From Acidobacteriota bacterium (GTDB lineage Bacteria; Acidobacteriota; UBA6911; RPQK01; JAJDTT01): a stretch of 64,000 nt of DNA. The position numbers and the translations under genes were made by a program. Within the stretch, counting starts at the first letter, position 1, and every line of letters begins with the position of its first letter. The notes beneath the pieces were generated by a model. It worked only from the letters and a program-made list of their open reading frames with translations. It had not been told where the DNA came from and did no database searches. Positions 53,560 to 63,429 of this stretch are shown piece after piece. The DNA lies in the NCBI GenBank assembly GCA_965219005.1, contig CBDCMS010000004.1:659841-723840 (forward strand). The letters run 5' to 3'.

Positions 53560-54687
53560 TCAGCGCGTTTTGTTGGAATCCGTCCTCTTCCTGGCCGCTC
53601 CCTCGAGGCGCCAGTGTGTTCCCATCAGGCTGGGTGTCTCCCCGGGCTTGTCGATCTGGTAATAGACCGTCCACAGGGATCCGTCCGCGAGCTGAACGGA
53701 CGCGGGATAGCCGAGATCCCCGTTGGGACCTTTCGAGAGCCGGATCTCATTGTCGACCTCCCAGGTCTTGCCGTCGTCCTTGCTGATGCAGGCGAAGGTC
53801 CCGAAAGGCGCCCAGCGCTTGGCGTAACTGACGAGCAGCCAGTCGTTGCGTAGCCGGGTCAGGTGGGGAGGGTAGCCGTGAATCGGGGTGCGGCGCGGTG
53901 AGCTCCAGGACTTGCCGCCGTCGGTGCTGTTGGATTGCCAGAGCTGGTTCGGCTTGTTGCAGTCCCTGAAGAGCAGAACCAGGCTGCCGTCCCGCGTTTC
54001 CACGACGTGTGGCTCGTCGAAGGAGAGCATCTTGCCGTCCTCGGGGACGGGAAACGTCGTGACGATCTGCCACGACCGTCCGTCGTCGCGCGACTCTTCC
54101 ACGGCGATCGAGTACGGGGAGCCGCTCGGGGGGCCATTGTAGTCGGTGGGTTTTGCGTGCGAGCAGTGCGGGTTCTGGCCGATGAACAGCAGCCGCCCGT
54201 CGCGCAGCTGGATCGGCCCGTGCGGCGTCGTAGCGGTCGTGCGGATCGGCAGGCTCCACGACCGTCCATCATCGGCCGAGCGAATCACGTAGTTGCCTTG
54301 GCGCTCGGTGTCGTGAGGCGGCCCCGTGAACCAGCTGACGATCAGGGTCCCCTTCCTGGTGCGGACGATGCCGGCGTCGCGGTCGTCGATCGGAAAGTCG
54401 TGGATCGTGACCGCCTCACTCCACGTCTTTCCACCGTCCTGGCTGCGCACCATCTGGGTCTTGCCGTCGGGAGAAACGTGTGCGTCACGATCGCCCGAGA
54501 AGACGACGAGCAGGTCGCCGCCGGGCGCCACGGCGATGGACGGCCAACCGATGTAGCGCCCCGGTTGCTTGCATAGCACGCGCTGTTCGCCGACGGTCGC
54601 GCGGCCGTCCTCGGCGCGCACTGCCTCGATTCCGAGCAGCAGGAGCGGCACTGCGAGCAGGACTCCGTTCACGCTAAAACCCAACAT
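53560..54687 (-). CDS. Sialidase-like BNR/Asp-box protein, secreted
   Basis: Five S.D.G.(T/S)W boxes, DDRD, DLGYP. Confidence 0.85.
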   Translation of the reverse strand: MLGFSVNGVLLAVPLLLLGIEAVRAEDGRATVGEQRVLCKQPGRYIGWPSIAVAPGGDLLVVFSGDRDAHVSPDGKTQMVRSQDGGKTWSEAVTIHDFPIDDRDAGIVRTRKGTLIVSWFTGPPHDTERQGNYVIRSADDGRSWSLPIRTTATTPHGPIQLRDGRLLFIGQNPHCSHAKPTDYNGPPSGSPYSIAVEESRDDGRSWQIVTTFPVPEDGKMLSFDEPHVVETRDGSLVLLFRDCNKPNQLWQSNSTDGGKSWSSPRRTPIHGYPPHLTRLRNDWLLVSYAKRWAPFGTFACISKDDGKTWEVDNEIRLSKGPNGDLGYPASVQLADGSLWTVYYQIDKPGETPSLMGTHWRLEGAARKRTDSNKTR

Positions 54688-55004
54688 CGTCTCATGGCGC
54701 CCGGACTACTCCTGGCCGGACGACCTGGTTCCTTCTCTCGTTTTGGGCTCATCCTAGCCTCTCGAACCGAACAACGAGTTATCTTAGGTATTCGTACGCG
54801 GCGCAACAAGGGTCTAGCTACCGTTCCTTGCTACGCTCTATACATGTTGGTTGCTAGCAAACAAGCAGGGAATCCAGTTGGAGCCAGGCGTCGCGGGACT
54901 ACTGGAGACAATCAAATCACGGTTTCTCTACACGGGATCGAGGAACGCCTCTAGCTCAGCCATCACATTCCACGTAAACTCCGTATACTGTCAAACCAGA
55001 TTGG

Positions 55005-56198
55005 GTGACTATCATGCAAAATCTCTTTTTTACGTTCGCCATCTCACTTCTCTCTCTGAGCGGCGCCCTTGCCGCAGACCACGCCCTCACCCCACAGGAG
55101 GTCGCAGAGGGCTGGATCCTCCTGTGGGACGGCAAGACCGAGTACGGCTGGGAGTGGCACGGCGACGCGCGCTGGAAGGTCGAAGACGGCGTCCTTCGGT
55201 CTGACGGCGGTGGTGCCGGTTGGCTGGGGACCACCAACATGTTCGGTGATTTCGAGCTGAAGGTCGAGTTTCGCACCGCGGCGGACGGAAACAGCGGTAT
55301 CTTCCTGCGCTCCGCTCGAAGGGGAGCGCCCCACCGGACCGGCTACGAACTACAGATCTTCAACCGACACCCGCACGGGTTGAGTACCGGGAGCCTGGTC
55401 CACTACGTACAGGCGGAGCCTGCTCAGTTCGAGGGCGCCAAGTGGAACCAATACGAAGTCCGTGCCGTGGGAAGCCGCTTCGTCGTCAATCTCAACGGGA
55501 AAGAAGTCCTCGACGCCAGCGACTCTTCGCATGCCGTGGGTGCCATTGGGCTGCAATACAATGTGGATAAGCCCATTGAGTTCCGCAACATCAAGCTCAA
55601 GCCGCTGGGACTGAGTCCCCTGTTCAACGGGCAGGACCTGAGCGGCTGGCAAAAGGTCGATCGTCCGAACCGGGATGACGTGCATGAGTGGTCGGTGCGG
55701 GAAGGAATCCTCCACGTCGAGAAGGGAGCCGGTCAGCTGGAGACCGAGAAGGAATTCAAGAATCTGGTGCTGCAGCTCGCGATCCGCACCAACCCACCCC
55801 GTCCTGGCCACCATCCGAACAGTGGCGTCTTCTTCCGGGGAGAGAAGGGCGAATTCTGGAGCGGGTACGAGTCCCAGATCCGCAATGAGTTCCGCAACGG
55901 CGACCGCAGGCAACCTCATGACTTTGGCACGGGAGGACTCTACTTCTACGTCCCCACCCGCGAGGTTATTCCCAACGATGGTGAGTTTTTCTACAAGACG
56001 GTCGTCGCCCACGGTCGCCACCTGGCGGTCTGGGTCAACGGCATCCAGACCAGCGACTGGGAAGACCCACGCCCATCCGGAAACAATGCCCGCCGCCAGG
56101 CTCGACTGGTCCCCGGAGTCGTCAGTCTTCAAGCCCACGATCCCACCACCAATCTGGACTTCAAAGACATCAGGGCCGTGGAACTACCGGAGCGTTAA
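55005..56198 (+). CDS. Tandem DUF1080 (3-keto-glycoside hydrolase-like) protein
   Basis: Two copies of L(W/F).G....GW, NSG.F.R, YE.QI; LQAHD...F+DI. Confidence 0.88.
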   Translation: MTIMQNLFFTFAISLLSLSGALAADHALTPQEVAEGWILLWDGKTEYGWEWHGDARWKVEDGVLRSDGGGAGWLGTTNMFGDFELKVEFRTAADGNSGIFLRSARRGAPHRTGYELQIFNRHPHGLSTGSLVHYVQAEPAQFEGAKWNQYEVRAVGSRFVVNLNGKEVLDASDSSHAVGAIGLQYNVDKPIEFRNIKLKPLGLSPLFNGQDLSGWQKVDRPNRDDVHEWSVREGILHVEKGAGQLETEKEFKNLVLQLAIRTNPPRPGHHPNSGVFFRGEKGEFWSGYESQIRNEFRNGDRRQPHDFGTGGLYFYVPTREVIPNDGEFFYKTVVAHGRHLAVWVNGIQTSDWEDPRPSGNNARRQARLVPGVVSLQAHDPTTNLDFKDIRAVELPER

Positions 56199-56337
56199 GC
56201 CCCGTGCCGAAGCCAGGTTGAGTTTCAAGTGTGAACCAACCGGAGAGGTTTGGCGTCTAGTCCAATGAAGAGCTTCTTTCCACGCTCTTTTTCTCTCGCG
56301 AGCCCGTCAATTCGGCGGGCTCTTTCTTGCTGGACAT

Positions 56338-57168
56338 GTGATTGCTTTGCCCATGTGTGCGCATGCTTTCACGGCACGGTCGAGAACGCCCAGGTTGATA
56401 ACCTTACTAGAGCGCCTGGTTCCCTGGCCGATACCACAAGTCATGAGCCTTGACCCAAGCAAGATGCTACCCGACTGTTGTAAGCTCAAAACCCCTGCGC
56501 GGATCATTCTCAACGGCCTGATCTGCCGAGCGCGATTTGCGACTGCTTCACCCACCGAGGTAGTGTTCGATTTACTTGTCGACTCCCAACTGGGGCATAG
56601 TCTCTTTCCCCACAAGTCCGTCGGTTGTGTAGTTTTCAACTACCGGGACAAAGACCAAGTGTTTCTTGCCTCGGTGAAGGACTATAAGGATGCAGAGTCC
56701 GCACCCCAACTGAGCGTCCAGCGTGTTTCCGACGTAGCCAGCGGGGAGCGCCGCTGGGCGCGTCGCGTACCCGTGGACCACAAGTCGGGGCTGCGGGCCG
56801 AGGTGAAGTTGGCGGACGCCAAGGCGTGGGAGGTCCGGGTCGTGGACATCGGCATGAAGGGAATGTTGATCGAGTTCCTGGGGGAAAGGGATCCCGACTT
56901 TGAGTTGGGGGCACCGCTCGAGGTCGAGTTGCGACTCGATGACCACATCGCCAGGCTCATGGGGCCAGCTCGGCGTCAAGACGGAAAGCGCTGGGGAGTC
57001 CTGTTCCTAGGTGTGGAAGCATCGGACTCCCTCAGGGTGATCGTAAATAGTCTGGAGTGGGAGTGGCTTCAGCAGAAACGTGGCCTCGCCGAGAGTCTTT
57101 CCACTTCCTCTCCGGTCACCTCCCCTTCTGTCCTGGCCGCATCCTATCGGCTCCCTGATTCGCTCTGA
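56338..57168 (+). CDS. PilZ-domain protein
   Basis: ERRWARR and DIGMKG (RxxxR / DxSxxG-like); start uncertain. Confidence 0.7.
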   Translation: MIALPMCAHAFTARSRTPRLITLLERLVPWPIPQVMSLDPSKMLPDCCKLKTPARIILNGLICRARFATASPTEVVFDLLVDSQLGHSLFPHKSVGCVVFNYRDKDQVFLASVKDYKDAESAPQLSVQRVSDVASGERRWARRVPVDHKSGLRAEVKLADAKAWEVRVVDIGMKGMLIEFLGERDPDFELGAPLEVELRLDDHIARLMGPARRQDGKRWGVLFLGVEASDSLRVIVNSLEWEWLQQKRGLAESLSTSSPVTSPSVLAASYRLPDSL

Positions 57169-57508
57169 TCTCCTAGCCTGACCTCCCAGGAAAGTCCGGA
57201 TGACTCTTGATGGCATGAATCTGGGCCAGATGGTTCAGCTCAACCGGATCAAGCCTTCTCGGACGATCTCTGCGTTGGTCGTCGTCGAAGATGGCCAAGC
57301 ATCGTCTTCCTCCTCCTGCCTTGATCTCGCCTCACAAGCCCCATCTGCAAAGGTTAGCGTATTTATGAAACAGTGTACTTAGGTCTATCCTCGGCCTGGC
57401 GGCAGGTAGCACTCTCCGGGGGGGCGCTGGTCATTCATGGGTGCAGATGGAAGACCTTATTCATGATCTTCCACTCGTCGGTCGGTGCATTGCTCACAGG
57501 TCTGACTC

Positions 57509-57994
57509 CTATTCTGAGTTTGGTGTTGAGCGATTTGTAAGCTGCAGCCTTGCGGTTACAAACTCGATGGCCGAAAGCAACTCGACCGGCTCATCCGTCC
57601 CAACTCTGTATTTGCGACCATTCCTGAGTTGAATTTCCACGGCATCGAAACCCGCGACGTTGTAGAGCCATCCGTGCGGCGTCCACTTTATGCCCCAGCC
57701 GTAGTACCAGCGATTCTGGACGATGGCAGCGCTTTGGATGTCGGAAACAGCAAAACGCTTCGAGATCAGCCCGATGCCGAATCTGAGGATGATGTAATCG
57801 CGTGATACTCTCACGGTCAGCGAATGGAAAAGGAATAAGCAAACGACGAATACCGATGGAACCACGATGGGAACGAGCACGGATGATGGTCTGCCAGGGG
57901 CCGCCAGCACCACGAATCCTCCGGAGATTGCTGCACAGCCTCCAAGAATGAGGCGCATCAGGGTTCCGATTTGCGTGTGTTTATAGTGGTGCAA
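57509..57994 (-). CDS. Hypothetical membrane protein
   Basis: Y.HTQ.G, two TM helices, WYYGWGI...GWLYNV.G, .GTDEP. Confidence 0.7.
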   Translation of the reverse strand: MHHYKHTQIGTLMRLILGGCAAISGGFVVLAAPGRPSSVLVPIVVPSVFVVCLFLFHSLTVRVSRDYIILRFGIGLISKRFAVSDIQSAAIVQNRWYYGWGIKWTPHGWLYNVAGFDAVEIQLRNGRKYRVGTDEPVELLSAIEFVTARLQLTNRSTPNSE

Positions 57995-58072
57995 GGTTGT
58001 AGGTCTCCAAATGCATCAAAACGTGGACTCGCCCGTAGGTACGTGGGGTTGCGCTATCCTGATCTCAACAGT

Positions 58073-58099
58073 CTAGTACCCTGTGTTACAGGGTACTTG
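58073..58099. repeat. Minimal palindrome made of the termini of the 46469 MITE
   Basis: ctagtaccctgt-gtt-acagggtacttg. Confidence 0.6.
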
Positions 58100-58191
58100 C
58101 ACCCCTCAGGCTCGGCGGTCAGTGAGAATTGCGGATTTGGATCAGTGCTTCAGCCACCGTGTTCTATGAGGAGATTTCTCAGCCGCTCGCG

Positions 58192-59853
58192 TCAAGTTGA
58201 CGAAGTCCTTTCCCATCCCCGTAGCTTTTCGGCGAGCTCTTCCAGCTCTGCGATTTTCGCCGTTCCCTCCGGCTGCGCCCTTGCCGCTTTATCCATTTGT
58301 TTCAGCTCTTTTACGAGCTCAGCTAGTTTCTGCGAATCCTTTTCAGTTGCCTCGTTGAGCACGTAGGAGCTCCCACTGATTCCCATCAGTAGCAGAAGAT
58401 TCTCGTCCAGAACCGGAAACGATCCGTTGCAGAAGATTTCACGCACGACGATTACTCCGACGACAGAGGTGACGGAAAGGATCTGGAATTTGAATAGACT
58501 GGGCTTGCCCACGATCGTCATCAAGTCGCTGACTTTAGGAATCCGGGGACTTCGATCCAGACTGGGAGTGAACTCCGTTGGGATACGAATCTCTCGGCCG
58601 CCTGCAATGGATCGGGTCACGATCGCTGTGCCGCCGCCGATGCCCAGCAGAATCAAAACCTGAGCCGTAATCTCAATCAGCTCCCCCTGGATAAGCCACA
58701 CAAAGATCAAGCCCCAAACTGTCACCAGAGTCCAGAAGGTCGCCTGGAGGAGCGATACACTGTACTTTCCAGACGCGGTTTCAGCGAAACCCAGGCCCAG
58801 GAAGCCGAAAAGCTTCTGCCCCGGGGACCGCTCTTTTCCCTGGTCGGTTTTCTCGGCTGCTGGCTCTTTCTCAACCGCGGGGTTTTTCGCAACTGCGCGG
58901 ACTTTGCTAGCTATTCTGTGTGCGACAAAAAGAATCGAGAGTATGGCCAGCAGAGACCACAACGCAACCTTCCATCGTACGTGGATCTTGACCTTGTCTG
59001 TCCGAACCGCGTAATCATCCTTATACGAAACGATCGCCACAGTTTTCAGGGTGATGGCCGTCCCCAACAAGGGGGGCGAGTCCAAACCCAGCTTGGGTAA
59101 CACCGCAGTCCCGGCGTGGTAGGGCTCGCCTGGCACCGGGCTGATTTCCATGGGTACAACCGCACGGGGGCCAGAAACCTCGCCGTATTGGTATATCAGC
59201 ACCGCTGCGGTCACCCCTTCTGCCTGGGCGAAGTCTGAATCAATCCGGTACCTCAATGTTCCCTGGGTGGCGAGACTTTTGTTCTCAAGCCGGATGGGAT
59301 TGCCCGTCTGCGGGTACGCATCCTCGCATACGGTGACTTGGGCTCGGAGTTTCCGGCCGTCAAACTCCAACTTGTACTCCTTGTCCGCCTCGAACCCCTC
59401 CTTGTCTGTCATGTCGAAACACGGTGGGCTCTCCGTCGGTGTGTTCTCTCGCGTAGGTTCCTTGGCCTTAGACTCGGGTTTGTCGGAAGCAGATCCCGGG
59501 AGAAGGGTCAGAAGCGACTCGGAAGTCAGCTCCAGACGCCAGTCTTTGGGTAGCTGGAGTCGAACCCGACGAAAATCGCCACCGACCAATTGCGACCATC
59601 CCTTGGCCTGGTCGACCTGATTTCTCAGTTCTGGATACCAGAGGTTCCCCGTGAGTTTCACTCGGTTGTCCCCTTCACATTCGGCTCGAGACTTCAGATG
59701 CCTGCCCTTGACTTGAAACTGGTATAGGTCTTTTTTCACCTGGAGGTACACCAGAGCTTTCGGAGAAGCATCCTTGTTCCCAGCCGCTTGCGCGTAGGGA
59801 GCGAGTGGGAGAAATAGCGAAAGAATTCTGACGAACCATCTGAATGCGAGCAT
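58192..59853 (-). CDS. Hypothetical protein: signal peptide, extracytoplasmic domain, duplicated membrane module
   Basis: Two modules ending in LILLGIGGGT and LLLMGISGSSY. Confidence 0.75.
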   Translation of the reverse strand: MLAFRWFVRILSLFLPLAPYAQAAGNKDASPKALVYLQVKKDLYQFQVKGRHLKSRAECEGDNRVKLTGNLWYPELRNQVDQAKGWSQLVGGDFRRVRLQLPKDWRLELTSESLLTLLPGSASDKPESKAKEPTRENTPTESPPCFDMTDKEGFEADKEYKLEFDGRKLRAQVTVCEDAYPQTGNPIRLENKSLATQGTLRYRIDSDFAQAEGVTAAVLIYQYGEVSGPRAVVPMEISPVPGEPYHAGTAVLPKLGLDSPPLLGTAITLKTVAIVSYKDDYAVRTDKVKIHVRWKVALWSLLAILSILFVAHRIASKVRAVAKNPAVEKEPAAEKTDQGKERSPGQKLFGFLGLGFAETASGKYSVSLLQATFWTLVTVWGLIFVWLIQGELIEITAQVLILLGIGGGTAIVTRSIAGGREIRIPTEFTPSLDRSPRIPKVSDLMTIVGKPSLFKFQILSVTSVVGVIVVREIFCNGSFPVLDENLLLLMGISGSSYVLNEATEKDSQKLAELVKELKQMDKAARAQPEGTAKIAELEELAEKLRGWERTSST

Positions 59854-60160
59854 AGCTGACTCCAATCAGTGTTTTGGGATAGACATCGGGCTCCCATCTC
59901 AGCGACGACAGCTTCCTCGACTGGCAACCACTGCCGCTGGTCCGACCAGTCCTGAAAAGCATCCTGGGGGGAGGCAGCCGCAGCCTGAAACGGGTTCTTC
60001 TTGGTTGCGATTCTAGCAGAAGTTCAGACGACGTTCTTCCCTTTCCCCGTTGATCCAAGTGAGTGCCGAGAGCGAAAGTGACGACTCGCGGAAAGCTCGT
60101 TTCAACACGGGAGGGTTGAGAAAGCCTGAGGCGGGTTGGCCGCCAGCGAGGTCAATCCCT

Positions 60161-61504
60161 TCAGGATCCAAAGTCACTCACTACGAATCTGTATTTACCT
60201 ATATCAGTTTGACGTATGCGTTGTTTGACTGATAGTTCAAAGGCCAGCGTGTCGTACACTTTTTCTGTAAGCTGCTGTTGGAGGCGCTTCCTGGCAGCGC
60301 TATCAAATTGGTTGGTAGTGCTTATTTCGACAAGCACTTTGTCCAGTGACTTCTGGACCAATCGCGCCTGCTTGAGTCCGGGAATACCGAGGAATGCGAG
60401 GCTCATGCCTCGAAAACGAGTTCCCCGTCTATTGATCAAGCTGTCCTCTTCTCTTCCCGTGATGTGCAGCGCTATCGGATATTTGCAACCGCAAGGACAG
60501 GTTTCTTCCTTCGACATCACGAGAAAATCACCGGTATCGTAACGCAGCAGAGGCTGGGCGAAGTTGTGAAGTCCGGTAGCGATAAGCCTTCCTTCTTCTC
60601 CCGCTGCTACAGGGCGGCCATCGCTGCCGATTACTTCAGATACACCATAGGTCGGGAAGAAATGTAGCCGATGGTGGCGACATTCCGCTACGAAAGCACA
60701 CCTCTCCTTTATCCCGTAGTTGTCGAGGGGCAAAATGCCCCATATCTTCACTAATTGTTCGCGCTGATTGGGACATAGCGGCTCGGAATGAGTGGTTATG
60801 ATCTTCGGTTTCCAGTCGCAAATTCCCTCGGCCGCAAGATTGTCTGCCAAGTGATGAATTGATTCCGGAAAACCTCTTACCAATCGCGGACGATATCTGA
60901 GAATCAACCTGGCGTAGTCACCGATGTTGTGACGGTTAATCAGATCGGAGCTGATCTCCAGACTATTGACTTTCCAATTCCTGAGGTAGAGCGCCGTTCC
61001 GAGTCGTCGTACTCCGGGAGTGTCCGTAGTCAGCGCTCTACTTCTGACGTCAAGAAAAGCCTGCCCTGGCCATGCACCGGCCCAGCGCCAGAAGCGCGCG
61101 ATGCTGCACACTTCGAGCGCGCTCACGTTGCTATCCCAATGAAGTTCGATTGGCGATCCAGTGGTCCCCGATGTATGGGATGTGGTCGTATTGAGTTTGC
61201 TCACGTTGTCGGCAAGAAACGCGGTCGGCTCTCGACGAAAGGTATCTTTATCTAGAACCGGAAGCAGTTGTAGCATTGTGAATGCGCTTTTTGTGGTTAT
61301 GTCATGGGGAGAAAGACCCAAGGCATCGAAGAGATTGCGATAGTAAGGGACCTTTGTCCCTGAGTGCCGTAATAGCAACCTCAGTCGATTGGCTTGATAC
61401 GCAGCCAGCCGCGCACGTGACCATTTCTCTGCGAGCAGAAGAGTCGTGTAGTGTCGTGCTATCTGGTGGGGTGAAAAGTAGTGCGAAAACGCAAATTCAA
61501 GCAT
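60161..61504 (-). CDS. Phenylacetate-CoA ligase/CapK-like adenylate-forming protein
   Basis: VPYYR, TSGTTG.P, YG..E, PLLRYDTGD, GR.ED. Confidence 0.85.
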   Translation of the reverse strand: MLEFAFSHYFSPHQIARHYTTLLLAEKWSRARLAAYQANRLRLLLRHSGTKVPYYRNLFDALGLSPHDITTKSAFTMLQLLPVLDKDTFRREPTAFLADNVSKLNTTTSHTSGTTGSPIELHWDSNVSALEVCSIARFWRWAGAWPGQAFLDVRSRALTTDTPGVRRLGTALYLRNWKVNSLEISSDLINRHNIGDYARLILRYRPRLVRGFPESIHHLADNLAAEGICDWKPKIITTHSEPLCPNQREQLVKIWGILPLDNYGIKERCAFVAECRHHRLHFFPTYGVSEVIGSDGRPVAAGEEGRLIATGLHNFAQPLLRYDTGDFLVMSKEETCPCGCKYPIALHITGREEDSLINRRGTRFRGMSLAFLGIPGLKQARLVQKSLDKVLVEISTTNQFDSAARKRLQQQLTEKVYDTLAFELSVKQRIRQTDIGKYRFVVSDFGS

Positions 61505-61605
61505 AGGGACTTCAAGTATCGGGAAATTGGTTATAGTTTACGGAAGATCCCAACATAGCAGGAAAGAGGTTCGAATATCGACATGGTAGTCGGGAGATCA
61601 GTGGA

Positions 61606-63429
61606 ATGTGCGGCATAGCCGGCGCAGTGCTTAATCAAGCCAATGCAAGTTCGCCCGTCGAAGCAATGGTGGGTGAGATTCGATATCGCGGTCCGGATGA
61701 ACTGTCGTTCTATGCGGACCGTTCGCTGCACATGGGGTTTTCCCGACTGTCGATAGTGGATCCTGCCGATGGGCACCAGCCGGTCGCAAGCGAAGATGGT
61801 GCGATCGTGGCACTGTGTAACGGCGAGATCTACAATCACGAGCTGCTCCGCGATCAGCTGTCCAAGGACGGCCACTCGTTCAATTCAATGTCAGATGCCG
61901 AAGTGCTTCCGCACCTTTACGAGACCTTGGACGAGGGAGTCTTCACGGAATGTTCAGGAATGTTTGCCATTGCGCTCTACGACAAACGGAACCAAAAGCT
62001 AATCCTTGCCCGGGATCCGCTCGGGATCAAACCCCTGTACTACCTGGAGACCGCCTGCGGTTTTTACTTTGCCTCGGAAATAAAGTGTTTTCTTCAAGTT
62101 CCTGAATTCCGGCCTGACGTCGATAGAAGGGCGCTCGACCGATTGCTGACCTTTTCGCATATCCCAGGGGACCGATGTTTGCTCGCGGGAGTTCGAAGTG
62201 TCGCGCCGGGGCATTTCTTGACGCTTGACCTCAATACCCGCGCCTTTTCGTTTAGCTGCTTCTATCGTACGCCCCGCACGACCAGGAAAGGTTTATCTGT
62301 CCCCACCATGGAGGAAGCGGCTTCTTCGGTTCGCGGATTGTTGGATCAGGCGGTCGGTGCAAGGCTGATGAGTGACGTGCCCTGGGGTGTTGCTTTGTCG
62401 GGGGGACTAGACTCGGCGTCGGTGCTCGCTTCCGTCGTTCGGCAAACGGAAACGCGCCCTATGACTTTTTCGTTTGATGTGGGAGCAGAGTCGGAAGACG
62501 CGCGGTATGCAGAGATGCTCGCTGCTCATTTCCGAACGGATCATCGCGTAGAATCGCTCGATGGCTACGATATTGCTTCGATTGTCCGATCTGCTGTATG
62601 GCACACCGAGGAACCTATCTCATCGGGCGAGATTCCGACGCTGGGTCTTGCGTTGCTGGTTTCAAAACATGTCAGAGTGCTTCTCACCGGCGATGGCGCA
62701 GATGAGCTTTTTGCCGGCTATCTCAAATTCAAGCCGCTCAAGCTTTTCTCTTTCCTGCCGTTGTCGCTGCTCTCGTGGGGCTATGTGCGGGGCGTCAATG
62801 GGTTTACCCGGCTTGAGCGAGGCCGTTTCGCAAACAGTTATCAGAAGGAGTTCGTCGGACCGAACGGCAATCGATTTCTTGACGAGGAACTGCGCTCGGG
62901 ATCAGCTGATGTGATGAATAGGTTCTTACGGTATGAAGTTGGTCAACAACTTCCGAACAACCAGCTGATGAGGTTAGATAAGTTGATGATGGCGCAGTCC
63001 GTGGAAGCTCGGGTTCCCTTTCTGGATTCAAAGCTAGTGGACTATGTGACAACCCTACCATCCAGTTTCAAGTTACGTGGGTTGCAAGAGAAGACTGTGC
63101 TCAAGGAGGCGATGAAAAACCGCCTACCGAATGAGATCCTTCGCCGAAAAAAGTTTCCTTTTGCCAATCCGGCGCGTTCGTTGCTCAGAGGAACGTTTCA
63201 AGAGGTGTGCAGGGAAGAATTCCGGGCGGATCGATCAACACTAGCAGCGTACTTTCGCCCCTCGTCCCTTGACAAGATGTTTCAGCTCATCGGTAAGACG
63301 TGGCTCTCGGTGCCAGAAATGAAATTGCTTCAGATTTACTTTTTCTTGAAATGGCATCAGCTATTTATCGGGGGAGGGCGACCGTCGAAAAATGCAGTCG
63401 CTGCAAAAGCAGTGTCTTTGGCAGGTTGA
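61606..63429 (+). CDS. asnB: Asparagine synthase (glutamine-hydrolysing)-like amidotransferase
   Basis: MCGIAG, RGPD, NGEIYN, LSGGLDS, GDGADELFAGY, EARVPFLD. Confidence 0.9.
   Translation: MCGIAGAVLNQANASSPVEAMVGEIRYRGPDELSFYADRSLHMGFSRLSIVDPADGHQPVASEDGAIVALCNGEIYNHELLRDQLSKDGHSFNSMSDAEVLPHLYETLDEGVFTECSGMFAIALYDKRNQKLILARDPLGIKPLYYLETACGFYFASEIKCFLQVPEFRPDVDRRALDRLLTFSHIPGDRCLLAGVRSVAPGHFLTLDLNTRAFSFSCFYRTPRTTRKGLSVPTMEEAASSVRGLLDQAVGARLMSDVPWGVALSGGLDSASVLASVVRQTETRPMTFSFDVGAESEDARYAEMLAAHFRTDHRVESLDGYDIASIVRSAVWHTEEPISSGEIPTLGLALLVSKHVRVLLTGDGADELFAGYLKFKPLKLFSFLPLSLLSWGYVRGVNGFTRLERGRFANSYQKEFVGPNGNRFLDEELRSGSADVMNRFLRYEVGQQLPNNQLMRLDKLMMAQSVEARVPFLDSKLVDYVTTLPSSFKLRGLQEKTVLKEAMKNRLPNEILRRKKFPFANPARSLLRGTFQEVCREEFRADRSTLAAYFRPSSLDKMFQLIGKTWLSVPEMKLLQIYFFLKWHQLFIGGGRPSKNAVAAKAVSLAG

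Noticed and set aside
54830-54955. GIY-YIG-like remnant (YALYML...LYTGS)
   Set aside because: Too short, and the two parts are in different frames.
57515-57565. attC-like site (TAAC...GCTGCAGC) after a cassette-like gene
   Set aside because: No matching GTTRRRY partner or palindrome, and no integron integrase in the window.
61606-63429. Lasso-peptide cyclase
   Set aside because: The intact N-terminal Cys glutaminase domain is present, and no B protein or precursor peptide is seen nearby.
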